DNA of 64,000 nt from an uncultured delta proteobacterium (GTDB lineage: Bacteria > Desulfobacterota > Binatia > HRBIN30 > BPIQ01): NCBI GenBank assembly GCA_963761335.1, contig CAVXGR010000015.1, positions 352,001 to 416,000 of the forward strand. The letters are read 5' to 3'. Position numbers and translations under genes: made by a program. Position 1 is the stretch's first letter, and every line of letters begins with the position of its first letter. This document shows, one piece after another, positions 49,469 through 60,557 of the stretch. The notes below the pieces were generated by a model, which worked only from the letters and a program-made list of their open reading frames with translations, was not told where the DNA came from and did no database searches.

Positions 49469-50578
49469 TCACCCTACCCGCTCGGCGATAATGCGGCGCC
49501 GCAGTGCCAGGAACGCGATCCCGGCAAGCAGCACCCCGGCCAGCAAAAGGCCCAAGGGCGACATCGCCGGTGCAGGCGCCGGGCAGATCAGGGGGACGAA
49601 CAAGTCAGGTGTGCAGGTCAGCTGGTAGCTCCCTGCGTCGCATGCGCTTGCCGGGCGCGTGACACCGCGCTGGTCAGTTCCACCCGCGCACGCCGTGTTC
49701 CGCGCCAGAGCCGGGGACCCTACCTGGAGCGCCATCGTGTAGGTCCGGCCGCCGTTGTCGGCGAGCGAGCCGAGCATCGGGTCGACCGAGGCTGGGTAGG
49801 TGCCGATGATGTCGGTCGCGAGCGGGGCGAAGGCGCCGCTGTAGTTGTTCCCGACCACATTGAACCCGCCGGAGTGGATCGTGCCGCCGATGTTGAACTC
49901 GACGCCCGCCCCGGTGTTCCCGGCGAGGATCGAGGAGGTCAAGGTCGAGCCCGAGTCGGCGCACCCGACCCAGATCCCGCCCACCGCGACCGTGGCGACG
50001 TTCTTGACGACGGTCGAGTCGATCACGTCGGCGCGGTCGCCGTCGCAGCCGCTGTAGGCCATGATGGCTCCGCCCTGGGCGGCCGTGTTGTCAGTGATGG
50101 TTGAGTTCTTCACCGTGACATGGCCGCCCGCGACGACGAAAATGCCGCCGCCGTAGGATGAGGAATGATTGCCGTTGATCGTGGAGCTCTCCACGGTCAC
50201 CTCGGTCAGGCCGCCGACCAAGAGACCGCCGCCGCCAGCGGTCTCGTTGCCGTTGGTGAGGGTCAGGCCACTCAGCATCGTCGTCGTGCTCCCGGTCGTC
50301 AGCGGTCGCCCGCTTCCCCCGCCGCTGAGTGTCGGGTGCGGCCCGACACCGACGAGCGTCAGGTCCTTGCCGGTGATCGTGAAGTTCCCCGTGCAGGTCC
50401 CCTGGATCTCGAGCGTGTCGCCTGAGCCGGCGCCGTCGATCGCGGCCTGCAGATCGTCTCCGTTGCCGCAATCCACCAGGGTCGTCGTCGCCGCCGCGCT
50501 CGACGCCGAGCCGAAGAGCGTGAGGACGATCACCGCAGTCGAGATCGCCGCGATCCACTTTGTGACGCGTGAGACCAT
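49469..50578 (-). CDS. Secreted parallel beta-helix / choice-of-anchor Q-like protein with sorting tail
   Basis: Signal peptide, GGGI repeats, LGSLADNGG.T.T.AL..GSPA, DQRG, APAMS-TM-RRR. Confidence 0.85.
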   Translation of the reverse strand: MVSRVTKWIAAISTAVIVLTLFGSASSAAATTTLVDCGNGDDLQAAIDGAGSGDTLEIQGTCTGNFTITGKDLTLVGVGPHPTLSGGGSGRPLTTGSTTTMLSGLTLTNGNETAGGGGLLVGGLTEVTVESSTINGNHSSSYGGGIFVVAGGHVTVKNSTITDNTAAQGGAIMAYSGCDGDRADVIDSTVVKNVATVAVGGIWVGCADSGSTLTSSILAGNTGAGVEFNIGGTIHSGGFNVVGNNYSGAFAPLATDIIGTYPASVDPMLGSLADNGGRTYTMALQVGSPALARNTACAGGTDQRGVTRPASACDAGSYQLTCTPDLFVPLICPAPAPAMSPLGLLLAGVLLAGIAFLALRRRIIAERVG

Positions 50579-50983
50579 GTCCCCCTCCTTCTTTGCCGTT
50601 GCTGATGCCGGCGCCGGCGCTGGTACCGCTGCCGGCAGCTTGCGCCGCTAGCGACGCGTCAGTGCTGCCCTCCTGGATTCCCCCATTGCGCTTCGCCAGC
50701 GCAGCGCATGGAGCCCGGGCTGGCGAAGCACGCCGCGAAACCGCACACAGCCTGCGCCGCTCAGTTGCTTCGCTCGACCGAAAAGCAAATGGAGAGAGCG
50801 AGTGGCGGATCGGTAGATGGGCTCCACACTTGAACGGGTCGAGGTGCACGGGGGGCGATGCCAGTGGCACGTACTTGGTAAGTCAACCCGTTACCATTGC
50901 ACAGAGCCCGTTCCTACTTCGTTGCGCGCCAATTGGTCAAGCCGTAGGTCAACGTAGATCTACAGATTGCGTGCCCTCGCCCT

Positions 50984-51033
50984 GTAGAAGCGCCGTCCCG
51001 GCGCTTTCCGAAGCGGCGAGACGCCGCTTCTAC
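50984..51033. repeat. GTAG-type REP doublet
   Basis: Identical to 9552-9601. Confidence 0.88.
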
Positions 51034-51079
51034 TTTGCCGGCGTGCCGGCGCTGGCGGTAACCCCGATGCCGGCGTTTC

Positions 51080-52087
51080 TCAGCGTCTGCTCGCGAATCG
51101 GCGAGATCCGAGCGCAGTGACGCCCAGACCGGCGAGGACCAGAATCAGCAGCGCCGACATCGCCGGAGAGAGTGCCGGGGCCTCGCCGCTTCCCGGCAGC
51201 AGTCGCTCGATCGTGTCGAAGCCGACAGGCCGCCTGTCGTCGAAAGTCCACACCCCCTGATACCCGGAAGCCGTCCGCCCCGCCGTCAGCTGTGGATTCG
51301 TCGTGCCAGCCAGGACGACGTTCAGCGTGTCACCGGGATTTGCGGGTGGTGCCGGATCGTTGCCGCTGACCTGAATTCCCGCAAGATTGGAGGGAGTCAC
51401 GGTGAAGTAGTCAGCGCCCCCGCCTCCGCTGAGGAGCAAGAGGAGCAAATTACCCACCTGGCCCCCGACGTCCGCGGCGATCGAGTCGGCCCCCTGGCCT
51501 CCCATGAAGGTGAGCCTGGTGATCCCGGATTCGTAGCTGATGTTCCCCACGGAGGCCCCGATGATCTGCGTCGGAGTGATATTCACGGTTCGCCCCGTGG
51601 GATCTGCGGAGTCGTCGATTATCAGCGAGCCGACACCTCCCGAGTCGCTGACACTCACGTCCGCCTGAATGCCGGTCAGAGTGCCGTTGCCGATGATGGT
51701 CGTGTCCGGATTTCCGACGGCCGTGTCGATGCTGGTCGGATCGTTCACGGACAGGATGTGAAAGGTGTCTGTGCCGCCGTCGGAGTTGAGATTCAGCGAC
51801 ACGATCCCGGAGACCGTCACCGTATTGGTTCCGCTTCCACCGACGGTGGCGGTGCCGTTGTTGGTCACGTTGATGATGCTGACGGTGTCGCTGATCGTGT
51901 AGGTCCCGGCTGCGTAGGAGACGGTGACGTCGTTGCCCGATGTGTCGCCTTGGAAGTCGAGGGCGTTCCCCACGTCGATGGTGATGCTGTCGGCAGCCAT
52001 TGCGGCGGAGGCCAGCAACAGTGGCGTCAGCAGAGCCAGAAGGAAGAGGCGGAGTTGCCGAAGAGCCGTAGCGCTAGTCTTCATCAC
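51080..52087 (-). CDS. Secreted beta-strand-rich protein with sorting tail
   Basis: Signal peptide ending AMA, GG.G.D repeats, APALS-TM-RR tail. Confidence 0.82.
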   Translation of the reverse strand: MMKTSATALRQLRLFLLALLTPLLLASAAMAADSITIDVGNALDFQGDTSGNDVTVSYAAGTYTISDTVSIINVTNNGTATVGGSGTNTVTVSGIVSLNLNSDGGTDTFHILSVNDPTSIDTAVGNPDTTIIGNGTLTGIQADVSVSDSGGVGSLIIDDSADPTGRTVNITPTQIIGASVGNISYESGITRLTFMGGQGADSIAADVGGQVGNLLLLLLSGGGGADYFTVTPSNLAGIQVSGNDPAPPANPGDTLNVVLAGTTNPQLTAGRTASGYQGVWTFDDRRPVGFDTIERLLPGSGEAPALSPAMSALLILVLAGLGVTALGSRRFASRR

Positions 52088-52253
52088 GTGACCTCCGAAA
52101 CGGAGCAGTCGCAGTTTTCGTTTCCGCGCGCCTCGCTTACGTCAAGGGCAAGGTCATGTCAAATCAGCCTTTTTTTCTTCTGGTGCCGTCCTGAGAGAGG
52201 CGCGGCCTGCGGATTGCGCTCGCCGTAGCCAGCCCATGTTGCCGGCACCTATG

Positions 52254-52406
52254 TCATCCCCGGTTCTCATTCCCGGTTCTCGTCCCGTCGTTTTCCATTC
52301 GCTCTGAAAGCTCCGAGTACGTCGCGGAGCCGACCGATTTCAGCGGGCCCGCAAAACAATGGAAGACGACGGGATGAGAACCGGGGATGAGAACCGGAAA
52401 TGAGAA
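52254..52406. repeat. Repeat family A, full MITE-like copy
   Basis: ~40-bp inverted arms of CATYCCCGGTTCT units plus CCCGTCGTYTTCCATT. Confidence 0.88.
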
Positions 52407-52472
52407 AGGGGGGCGCCCCTTCCGCCAGGGTGGTTGACATCGCCGCGGGAAGAATGAAGGTATGCCGCATGG

Positions 52473-52558
<86 letters not shown>

Positions 52559-52635
52559 TTCCTCTCCTTCTCTGGCGGGCGAAGGGCGACAAAGCCGGGT
52601 TGATGTGTCATAAGGGAGGCTCCACGCGAGAAAAC

Positions 52636-52763
<128 letters not shown>

Positions 52764-52786
52764 GGTCGCAGGAAACCTGAAGCGCA

Positions 52787-54448
52787 ATGTCGTACCTCGT
52801 TCTGGCTCGAAAGTGGCGGCCGCAGGTCTTCGACGACGTCGTCGGCCAGGAGCACGTTACCCGCACCCTGCAGAACGCCATCGTCGCCGACCGCGTCGCC
52901 CATGCCTTCCTCTTCTGCGGCATGCGCGGCGTGGGCAAGACGACGGCGGCGCGCCTGTTGGCCAAGGCGCTCAACTGCGAGAAGGGACCGACGCCGACCC
53001 CCTGCAACCAGTGCAGCAACTGCCAGGAGATCACCGCCGGCACCGCCGTCGACGTGCTCGAGATCGACGGCGCCTCGAACCGGGGCATCAACGAGGTGCG
53101 GCAGATCATCGAGAACGTCCGCTACCAGCCGGCCAAGAGCCGCTTCAAGATCTACATCATCGACGAGGTGCACCAGGTCACCAACGACGCCTTCAACGCC
53201 CTCCTCAAGACGATCGAGGAGCCGCCGGCGCACGTGAAGTTCATCCTCGCCACCACCGAGGCGCACAAGGTGCCGCACACCATCCTGTCGCGTTGCCAGC
53301 GCTACGACTTCAAGCGCATCGGCCTGCGCGACATCGCCGGGCGGCTGCAGGAGATCTGCAAGGCCGACAAGGTCGCGGTGAGCGAGCCGTCGCTGCTGCT
53401 GATCGCCCGCGAGGCGGAGGGCAGCATGCGCGACGCGCAGTCGCTGCTCGACCAGGTGATCGCCTTCTCCGGCAAGAAGATCGCGGACGGCGACGTGGTC
53501 GCCGCACTCGGCGTCGCCGATCGCCAGATCCTCTACGCCACCGGCGCCGCCTTCGTCGAGCACCAGGCGGCGGCGGCGCTCGAGCGCCTGGAGAGCCTGC
53601 ACCTCTACGGCTATGACCTGCGGCGCTTCGCGCGCGACCTGGTCGAGCACTTCCGCAACCTCGCCGTCGCCAAGCTCGCCGACAGCGACGCGTTGCTCCC
53701 CGATCTCTCCGAGGAGGAGCGCGCCGAGGTGCGGCGCCAGGCGTCGCTGCTCTCGGCCGCGGACATCGACCGCTGCTTCCGTATCATGCTGTCCACCGAG
53801 GAAGAGGTGTCGCGCTCGCCGTATCCGAAGCTGATCCTGGAAATGGCGGCGATCAAGCTGGCATCGCTGCCACCGGTGATGCCGATCGAGGAGGTGCTGC
53901 AGCGGCTCGACAGCGCCGGCGGCGGCAACGGCGGTAGCTCCGGCAGCGCCGGCGGCGGTGGAGGGCCACGCCCGGCGGCGGCGCGCGAGCCGTCGAGCCG
54001 TCGAGCCGCGACCGTCGAGGCGGCGCCGTCCGCAACCGTCGATGCCCAGCCCGCTGCCGGGGGGAACGGCGGCTCCTGGAGCGAGTTCCTCGACTTCGTC
54101 GGCCGCGAGAAGCACACGCTGGCGCCGCATCTGCAGCAGTGCGAGCCGGGCGCCGTACAGGAGGGTCGCCTCGATCTGGTGATCCCCTCAGGGTTCCATC
54201 ACGATTATCTCGCCCGCCGCGAGCACCTGCTGCTGGTCGAGGAGCTGGCGACGCGTTTCTACGGGCGGCCGGTGCGCGCCGGCCTGCACGCCACCGCTCC
54301 CGCTCCCAGGCCGCAGAAGGTGGAGCCCGACAAGCGCGAGCTGGCGAAGGAGGTCCTCGGCGATCCGGCGGTGAAGACCGTGGTGGACATTCTCGGCGGC
54401 GAGGTGCAGGAGATCAAAACCAGGAGCACCGCGGAGATCAAGCCATGA
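52787..54448 (+). CDS. dnaX: DNA polymerase III subunit gamma/tau
   Basis: MSYLVLARKWRP, G.RGVGKTT, IIDEVH, SRCQ. Confidence 0.98.
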   Translation: MSYLVLARKWRPQVFDDVVGQEHVTRTLQNAIVADRVAHAFLFCGMRGVGKTTAARLLAKALNCEKGPTPTPCNQCSNCQEITAGTAVDVLEIDGASNRGINEVRQIIENVRYQPAKSRFKIYIIDEVHQVTNDAFNALLKTIEEPPAHVKFILATTEAHKVPHTILSRCQRYDFKRIGLRDIAGRLQEICKADKVAVSEPSLLLIAREAEGSMRDAQSLLDQVIAFSGKKIADGDVVAALGVADRQILYATGAAFVEHQAAAALERLESLHLYGYDLRRFARDLVEHFRNLAVAKLADSDALLPDLSEEERAEVRRQASLLSAADIDRCFRIMLSTEEEVSRSPYPKLILEMAAIKLASLPPVMPIEEVLQRLDSAGGGNGGSSGSAGGGGGPRPAAAREPSSRRAATVEAAPSATVDAQPAAGGNGGSWSEFLDFVGREKHTLAPHLQQCEPGAVQEGRLDLVIPSGFHHDYLARREHLLLVEELATRFYGRPVRAGLHATAPAPRPQKVEPDKRELAKEVLGDPAVKTVVDILGGEVQEIKTRSTAEIKP

Positions 54449-54762
54449 GCAAAGGTATCGGAGACATCTTCAAGCAGGCGCAGGACCTGCAATCGCGCCT
54501 GAGCGAGATTCAGCAGCAGGCGGGGGAGAGGACGGTCGAGGCCACCGCCGGCGGCGGCATGGTCACGGCGGTGGTCAACGGGCGCATGGAGGTGGTGCGC
54601 CTGCGCATCGAGAAAGAGGTGTTCGACTCCGGCGACACGGAGATGCTCCAGGATCTGGTCATCGCCGCGATCAACCAGGCGCTGCGCTCGGCGCAGCAGA
54701 TGATGGCCGAGGAGATGAGCAAGCTCACCGGCGGCATCAAGATTCCCGGCTTCAACGCCTGA
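54445..54762 (+). CDS. ybaB: Nucleoid-associated protein YbaB/EbfC
   Basis: KQAQ, AGGGMV, EMLQDLVIAAIN; synteny. Confidence 0.95.
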   Translation: MSKGIGDIFKQAQDLQSRLSEIQQQAGERTVEATAGGGMVTAVVNGRMEVVRLRIEKEVFDSGDTEMLQDLVIAAINQALRSAQQMMAEEMSKLTGGIKIPGFNA

Positions 54763-54764
54763 AC

Positions 54765-55364
54765 GTGTCCGCCTTTCCGCCGCCCGTCGCCCGCCTGATC
54801 GAGGAGCTGTCCCGGCTCCCCGGCATCGGCGAGAAGACCGCCACGCGTCTCGCCTTCCACCTGCTGCGCACCGAGAGGCACCACGTCGAGGCGCTGGCAC
54901 AGGCGCTCGCCGGGCTGCGCGACGGCACGCGCCTGTGCTCCGTCTGCTTCGGCCTGACCGACACCGATCCCTGCCGCCTGTGTCAGGATCCGCAGCGCAG
55001 CGAGGAGCTCATCTGCGTCGTCGAGGAGCCCGCCGATCTGGCGGCGGTGGAGCGCTCCGGGCAGCTGCGCGGCCGCTACCACGTGCTGCACGGCTCGCTG
55101 TCGCCGCTCGACGGCGTCGGCCCGGAGGAGCTGCGCATCAAGGAGCTGCTCGGACGCATCGGCGGAGGCACGGTGAAGGAGATTCTCATCGCCACCAACC
55201 CGACCGTGGAGGGCGAGGCGACGGCGCTCTATCTCGCCAAGCTGATCAAGCCGCTCGGCGTCCGCGTCACCCGTATCGCCCACGGGCTGCCGATGGGCGG
55301 CGACGTCGAGTACGCCGACAGCGCCACTCTCAGCCGGGCGCTCGAGGGGCGGAGGGAGATGTAG
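54765..55364 (+). CDS. recR: Recombination protein RecR
   Basis: LPGIGEKTA.RLA, C4 zinc finger, ATNPTVEGEAT. Confidence 0.98.
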   Translation: MSAFPPPVARLIEELSRLPGIGEKTATRLAFHLLRTERHHVEALAQALAGLRDGTRLCSVCFGLTDTDPCRLCQDPQRSEELICVVEEPADLAAVERSGQLRGRYHVLHGSLSPLDGVGPEELRIKELLGRIGGGTVKEILIATNPTVEGEATALYLAKLIKPLGVRVTRIAHGLPMGGDVEYADSATLSRALEGRREM

Positions 55365-55367
55365 GGC

Positions 55368-55609
55368 GGTAGCTCAGTGGCTCGGTATCTCGGTGGCTCG
55401 GTGGCTCGGTTTCTCGGTTGGTGGGTTGTCGGGTTGTCTGGTTGGCGAGTTGTCGAGCTTCGGGGTTGGTGTCGGAGGGCCGGTCGGTGCGGCATGTAGA
55501 AGCGGCGAGACGCCGCTTCTACTCCCAACCCGATAACCCGCAAACTCGAGAACCGATCCACCGAGCCACTGATCCACCGATCCACTGAGCCACTGAGCCA
55601 CCGAGCTAC
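55368..55609. repeat. Inverted arrays of degenerate 8-mers around a single GTAG REP (55496-55522)
   Basis: (GTGGCTCR)n ... (YGAGCCAC)n, bounded by GTAGCTC and GAGCTAC. Confidence 0.75.
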
Positions 55610-55656
55610 GTATCCCGCGTTGCTCTGCAGCCCGGATCGAATTACCGTGAAAGGCG

Positions 55657-55998
55657 ATGGCTGAGGGAATCGAGGCGGTGGTCTCGCGGCTGGGCGAGCT
55701 CGAGGTGGTGCTCGGGCCGGGAGTGCGGCCGGTGCTGGAGAGCGTGCGCCAGCTGCTCCTCGAGGCGCTCGCGGCCCGCGACCGCGGCGACGGCGCCGCA
55801 GCGACGCGAGCCGTCGGTGATGCCATGGACCGTCTCGCCGCCCTGGCGGACGGGTTGGACCCGGCCGAGGCTGGCCTGATGCGGGTGCTGACGCAGACCT
55901 TTCGCCAGGCGCTGCTGCGCCGCGACCCGGCCGAGGCCCGCCGCCACGCCGATGTCATGTTGCAGCGCTCCGGCGCCCGCGAAGTGAAGAAGGACTGA
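55657..55998 (+). CDS. Hypothetical helical protein
   Basis: GC3-rich ORF with AAGG upstream. Confidence 0.7.
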   Translation: MAEGIEAVVSRLGELEVVLGPGVRPVLESVRQLLLEALAARDRGDGAAATRAVGDAMDRLAALADGLDPAEAGLMRVLTQTFRQALLRRDPAEARRHADVMLQRSGAREVKKD

Positions 55999-56046
55999 GA
56001 CGCGCTTTCCTTGACAGCGGCGCGGTGGTGACCCCACAACGGCGCC

Positions 56047-56721
56047 GTGAATGCCTTCGACCGAGACATTCTCCGATTCCTGACGCAGCTCGCCAACCGT
56101 TCGCCGACGTTCGACAAGCTGGTCGCCGTCATTGCCAACGCGACCCTTCTCAAAGGGGGTGTCGTCCTGGCGCTCGTCTGCGGTCTGTGGTTCAGCCGCA
56201 GTGGTGACAGGCGCGAGCGCCGCTCGCTCTTGGCCGCCGCGGTTCTCGGTACCCTCGCCGCGGTGATCGCGGCCCGGGCCCTGGCACTGTTGCTGCCCTT
56301 CCGGCCGCGGCCGATCTCCGTCGTCGACCCGCCGCTTGCTGGACAGTGGACGGAGTGGAGCTCCTTTCCCAGCGATCACGCCACCCTGATGTTCGCCCTG
56401 ACGGTCGGTCTCGGCCGCGTTTCACGTCGACTTGGCGCCGCCATCGCGATCTACGCCGTCGTCTTCACCTGCCTGCCGCGCCTCTATCTCGGTCTCCACT
56501 ACCCGACCGATGTGCTGGCGGGCGCATTCCTGGGCACCGCCACGGTGGTGCTGGCCACCTCGCGCCGCTGCCGCCGATTCATCGATGGTCCGCTCTTCGA
56601 CTGGGTCGAGCGCTCCCCGGCGACCTTCTATGCCGTGGGCTTCCTGGTTCTCTACGAGATTGCCACTCTGTTCGTCGACCTGCGCAGCCTGGCGGCCTTT
56701 GCCTGGGAGGCCTTTTCCTGA
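56047..56721 (+). CDS. PAP2-family phosphatase (undecaprenyl-diphosphatase-like)
   Basis: RPRP, SFPSDHA, RLYLGLHYPTD. Confidence 0.9.
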   Translation: MNAFDRDILRFLTQLANRSPTFDKLVAVIANATLLKGGVVLALVCGLWFSRSGDRRERRSLLAAAVLGTLAAVIAARALALLLPFRPRPISVVDPPLAGQWTEWSSFPSDHATLMFALTVGLGRVSRRLGAAIAIYAVVFTCLPRLYLGLHYPTDVLAGAFLGTATVVLATSRRCRRFIDGPLFDWVERSPATFYAVGFLVLYEIATLFVDLRSLAAFAWEAFS

Positions 56722-56832
56722 GATGCGGCGAGACGGCGGCGCTCCCGGTCATCGCGGCGGCCCATCGCCCGGGGTGAAGAAGTTGTCTCACCCCCCCCGC
56801 GCCCGCGCCCGTGCCCCTGCCGTTGAGGCAAG

Positions 56833-57335
56833 GGGGACAGTGCGTCATGAGCCTTACGGCTCACCAATAGACGATGAAAATGAGGCTGGGGATCTGCGCC
56901 GGCAAGAGACTTGGAGGTCCTCGCCCGGCTGAAGTTCGCCCCGGAGGGGCGGTGGCGTGTAGCCCCGGGTGAAACCCGGGAAAAGATGCGCGCTCCGTCA
57001 GGCGCGCCCCGCCAGGGGCGCGGGAAAGTTTTCGTCGATGTCACGCCTGTACGCCGATGCTCACCGCTGGGTGCGTGGGAAGCTCATCGAGGTGATTCTC
57101 GCGGCCTCTACGCCTGCGCCCCTGCGGGGCGCTGACCTGGGCCAATCGGAACGCGGTCCCCGGGTTAACACCCGGGGCTACATGCCTGCGCCTCTCCGGG
57201 GCGATAATCCTCCACCCCAGCGCCGGGACTCCACCAGACCTTCACCCAACAGATTTTCGAAGCAGGCTACTTTTGCGCATGCGCCCCGGAATCGCATGAG
57301 CGCCGCGGCATGGGCCGCAAAAGTTGCCTGTCCCC
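56833..57335. repeat. Composite repeat element B, second copy
   Basis: GGGGACAG...CTGTCCCC ends; shares blocks with 37697-38322. Confidence 0.75.
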
Positions 57336-57355
57336 TTCGGCGACCAGTCCCCTTG

Positions 57356-58345
<990 letters not shown>

Positions 58346-58439
58346 GTGCCCGTTTTTAGCAGCGGGGTGGGGTCCTGCACAGAGGGCGCGTATGGCGAGC
58401 TCGCGCTCGCCGCTAAGGAGATCGCGGCTTCCCGCTCCA

Positions 58440-58589
58440 CATTCCCCGTTCTCATTCCCGGTTCTCATCCCGTCGTCTTCCATTGTTCTGCGAGCCCCAT
58501 CAGAGCTCGCAGCCGCGCAGCTTGCTCACGGCTGTCAGAGCGAATGGAAGACGACGGGATGAAAACCGGGAATGAGAACCGAGAACGGT
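58440..58589. repeat. Repeat family A, full copy inverted relative to 52254
   Basis: Same arms, diverged core. Confidence 0.88.
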
Positions 58590-58653
58590 GCGCCAGGGAT
58601 CGACTTTCCTCGGGAGCCTTGCCCGGCCATTGACCGGAGCCGGCGTTCGATTT

Positions 58654-58674
58654 AATGACGGACCAGTCCGTATT
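58654..58674 (+). promoter_or_regulatory. Putative TetR operator
   Basis: ACGGAC-CA-GTCCGT palindrome just upstream of the tetR ATG; TTGACC at 58630. Confidence 0.6.
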
Positions 58675-58677
58675 CTA

Positions 58678-59325
58678 ATGTCACAGGTCTTGCCTCAGGC
58701 GCCGGCCCGCTCGCGGGGACGGCCACCGATACCCGGGCTGCGCCAGGACATCCTCGGCGCCGCCGAGGACATCTTCGCGCAGCGCGACTTCCACGAGGTG
58801 CAGATGGACGAGGTCGCGGCGGCGTGCGGCATCGGCAAGGGCACGCTCTACCGCTACTTCGGCAGCAAGCGCGATCTGTATCTGGCGGTGATGTTCGAGG
58901 GCGTCGCCCGGCTGCGCGCCGAGCTCGAGGCCGCCCTCGACACCAATGACGCGCCGGCGCGCCGCATCGAGGGCGTCGTGCGCCGCACCCTCCAACACTT
59001 CTGGGACCGGCGCTCCTTCTTCGCCCTGATCCACCGCCACGAGCCCAAACGCGACGCCGATGCACGCCAGTGGCAACGCCAGCGCGAGCAGCTGTCGGCG
59101 GTGTTCCAGGGAACCATCGACGCCGCGATTGCCGCCGGCCATCTGCGGCCGGGGAACTCGCGCATCGCCACCGAGCTCCTGCTCGGCATGATCCGCGGCG
59201 TGAACCGCTATCGCCGCGCCGACGACAGCCTCGAGGACCTGGTCGCCGCCGTCGTCGACGTCTTCATGGGCGGCGTGGGCACGCCCGCCGGCAGGCGGGT
59301 TCTGGCGCGCAAACGGAGAACATGA
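58678..59325 (+). CDS. TetR/AcrR family regulator
   Basis: [20 protein letters not shown]. Confidence 0.92.
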   Translation: MSQVLPQAPARSRGRPPIPGLRQDILGAAEDIFAQRDFHEVQMDEVAAACGIGKGTLYRYFGSKRDLYLAVMFEGVARLRAELEAALDTNDAPARRIEGVVRRTLQHFWDRRSFFALIHRHEPKRDADARQWQRQREQLSAVFQGTIDAAIAAGHLRPGNSRIATELLLGMIRGVNRYRRADDSLEDLVAAVVDVFMGGVGTPAGRRVLARKRRT

Positions 59326-60557
59326 ACAGCACGACGACATCCACCCCGAGCCGCGAGGCCGCCCCGCAGCCCGTTCCCCCTTCTCCCTCCCGGCGTTCCC
59401 GGCGCGGCCGGCCGGAGCTCTGGCTGCTGCCGCTCGCCCTCCTGGCCGGCGCCGGCTACTGGCTGCTGGCGGCCCCGGCGACCGGTAAGCCGGAGGCGAC
59501 CAAACGCGCCGCCCATCCCGTGCCGGTGGTGGTGGCCAGTGCGCGACAGGGAGACCTGCCCGTATACCTCGATGGCCTCGGCTCGGTGGCCGCCTTCAAC
59601 ACCGTGCACGTCAAGAGCCGCGTCGACGGCCAGCTGATCAAGATCGCCTTCCAGGAAGGCCAGTTCGTCCACCAGGGAGACCTGCTCGCCGAGATCGATC
59701 CGCGGCCTTTCGAGGTGCAGCTCACCCAGGCGGAGGGGCAGATGGCGCGCGACACGGCGCAGCTGAAGTACGCCCGCATCAACCTCGAACGCTATCGCGA
59801 CCTCCTCGCCCGCGACCTGATCGCGCGCCAGCAGGTGGACGACCAGGCGGCCCTCGTCGGCCAGTACGAGGGCGCCGTCAAGATGGATCAGGGGCTGATC
59901 GACAACGCCAAGCTGCAGCTGACCTACTGCCACGTCACCGCGCCGATCAGCGGTCGCGCCGGCCTGCGCCTGGTCGATGCCGGCAACGTCGTGCATGCCA
60001 ACGACACCAACGGCCTGCTGGTGATCACCCAGGTGCATCCGGTGTCGGTGCTCTTCACTCTGCCGGAGGACGAGCTACCGCCGATCCTGCGCAAGCTGTC
60101 CGCCGGCGAGCATCCCGCGGTCGAGGCCTACGACCGCTCCGGCAGGAACAAGATCGCCACCGGTTCGCTGGCCACGGTCGACAACCAGATCGATGCGACC
60201 ACCGGCACGACGCGGCTCAAGGCGGTCTTCGACAACCAGGACAACTCGCTCTTCCCCAATCAGTTCGTCAACGTGCGGCTGCTGCTCGAGGTCCGCAAGA
60301 ACGCCGTCCTGGTGCCCTCCGCCGCCATTCAGCGAGGCCCGCAGGGGACCTTCGTCTACGTCGTCAAGGACGATCACACCGTCGACGTGCGCCCGGTCGC
60401 CGTCGGGCCGACGGCGGCGGCGGATGCCTCGATCGAGAGCGGTCTGCAGCCCGGCGAGGCGGTGGTGGTCGACGGCGTCGACAAGCTGCGGGCCGGGAGC
60501 ACGGTGCAGGCGCGCACGCCGGCGAGCGAGATGCCGGCACATTCCTCCGGCGCATGA
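59322..60557 (+). CDS. mdtA: RND efflux membrane fusion protein
   Basis: [42 protein letters not shown]. Confidence 0.9.
   Translation: MNSTTTSTPSREAAPQPVPPSPSRRSRRGRPELWLLPLALLAGAGYWLLAAPATGKPEATKRAAHPVPVVVASARQGDLPVYLDGLGSVAAFNTVHVKSRVDGQLIKIAFQEGQFVHQGDLLAEIDPRPFEVQLTQAEGQMARDTAQLKYARINLERYRDLLARDLIARQQVDDQAALVGQYEGAVKMDQGLIDNAKLQLTYCHVTAPISGRAGLRLVDAGNVVHANDTNGLLVITQVHPVSVLFTLPEDELPPILRKLSAGEHPAVEAYDRSGRNKIATGSLATVDNQIDATTGTTRLKAVFDNQDNSLFPNQFVNVRLLLEVRKNAVLVPSAAIQRGPQGTFVYVVKDDHTVDVRPVAVGPTAAADASIESGLQPGEAVVVDGVDKLRAGSTVQARTPASEMPAHSSGA

Noticed and set aside
52565..52635. Alu-like domain making a large SRP RNA
   Set aside because: No convincing pairing with the 3' end could be found by eye; needs a covariance-model search
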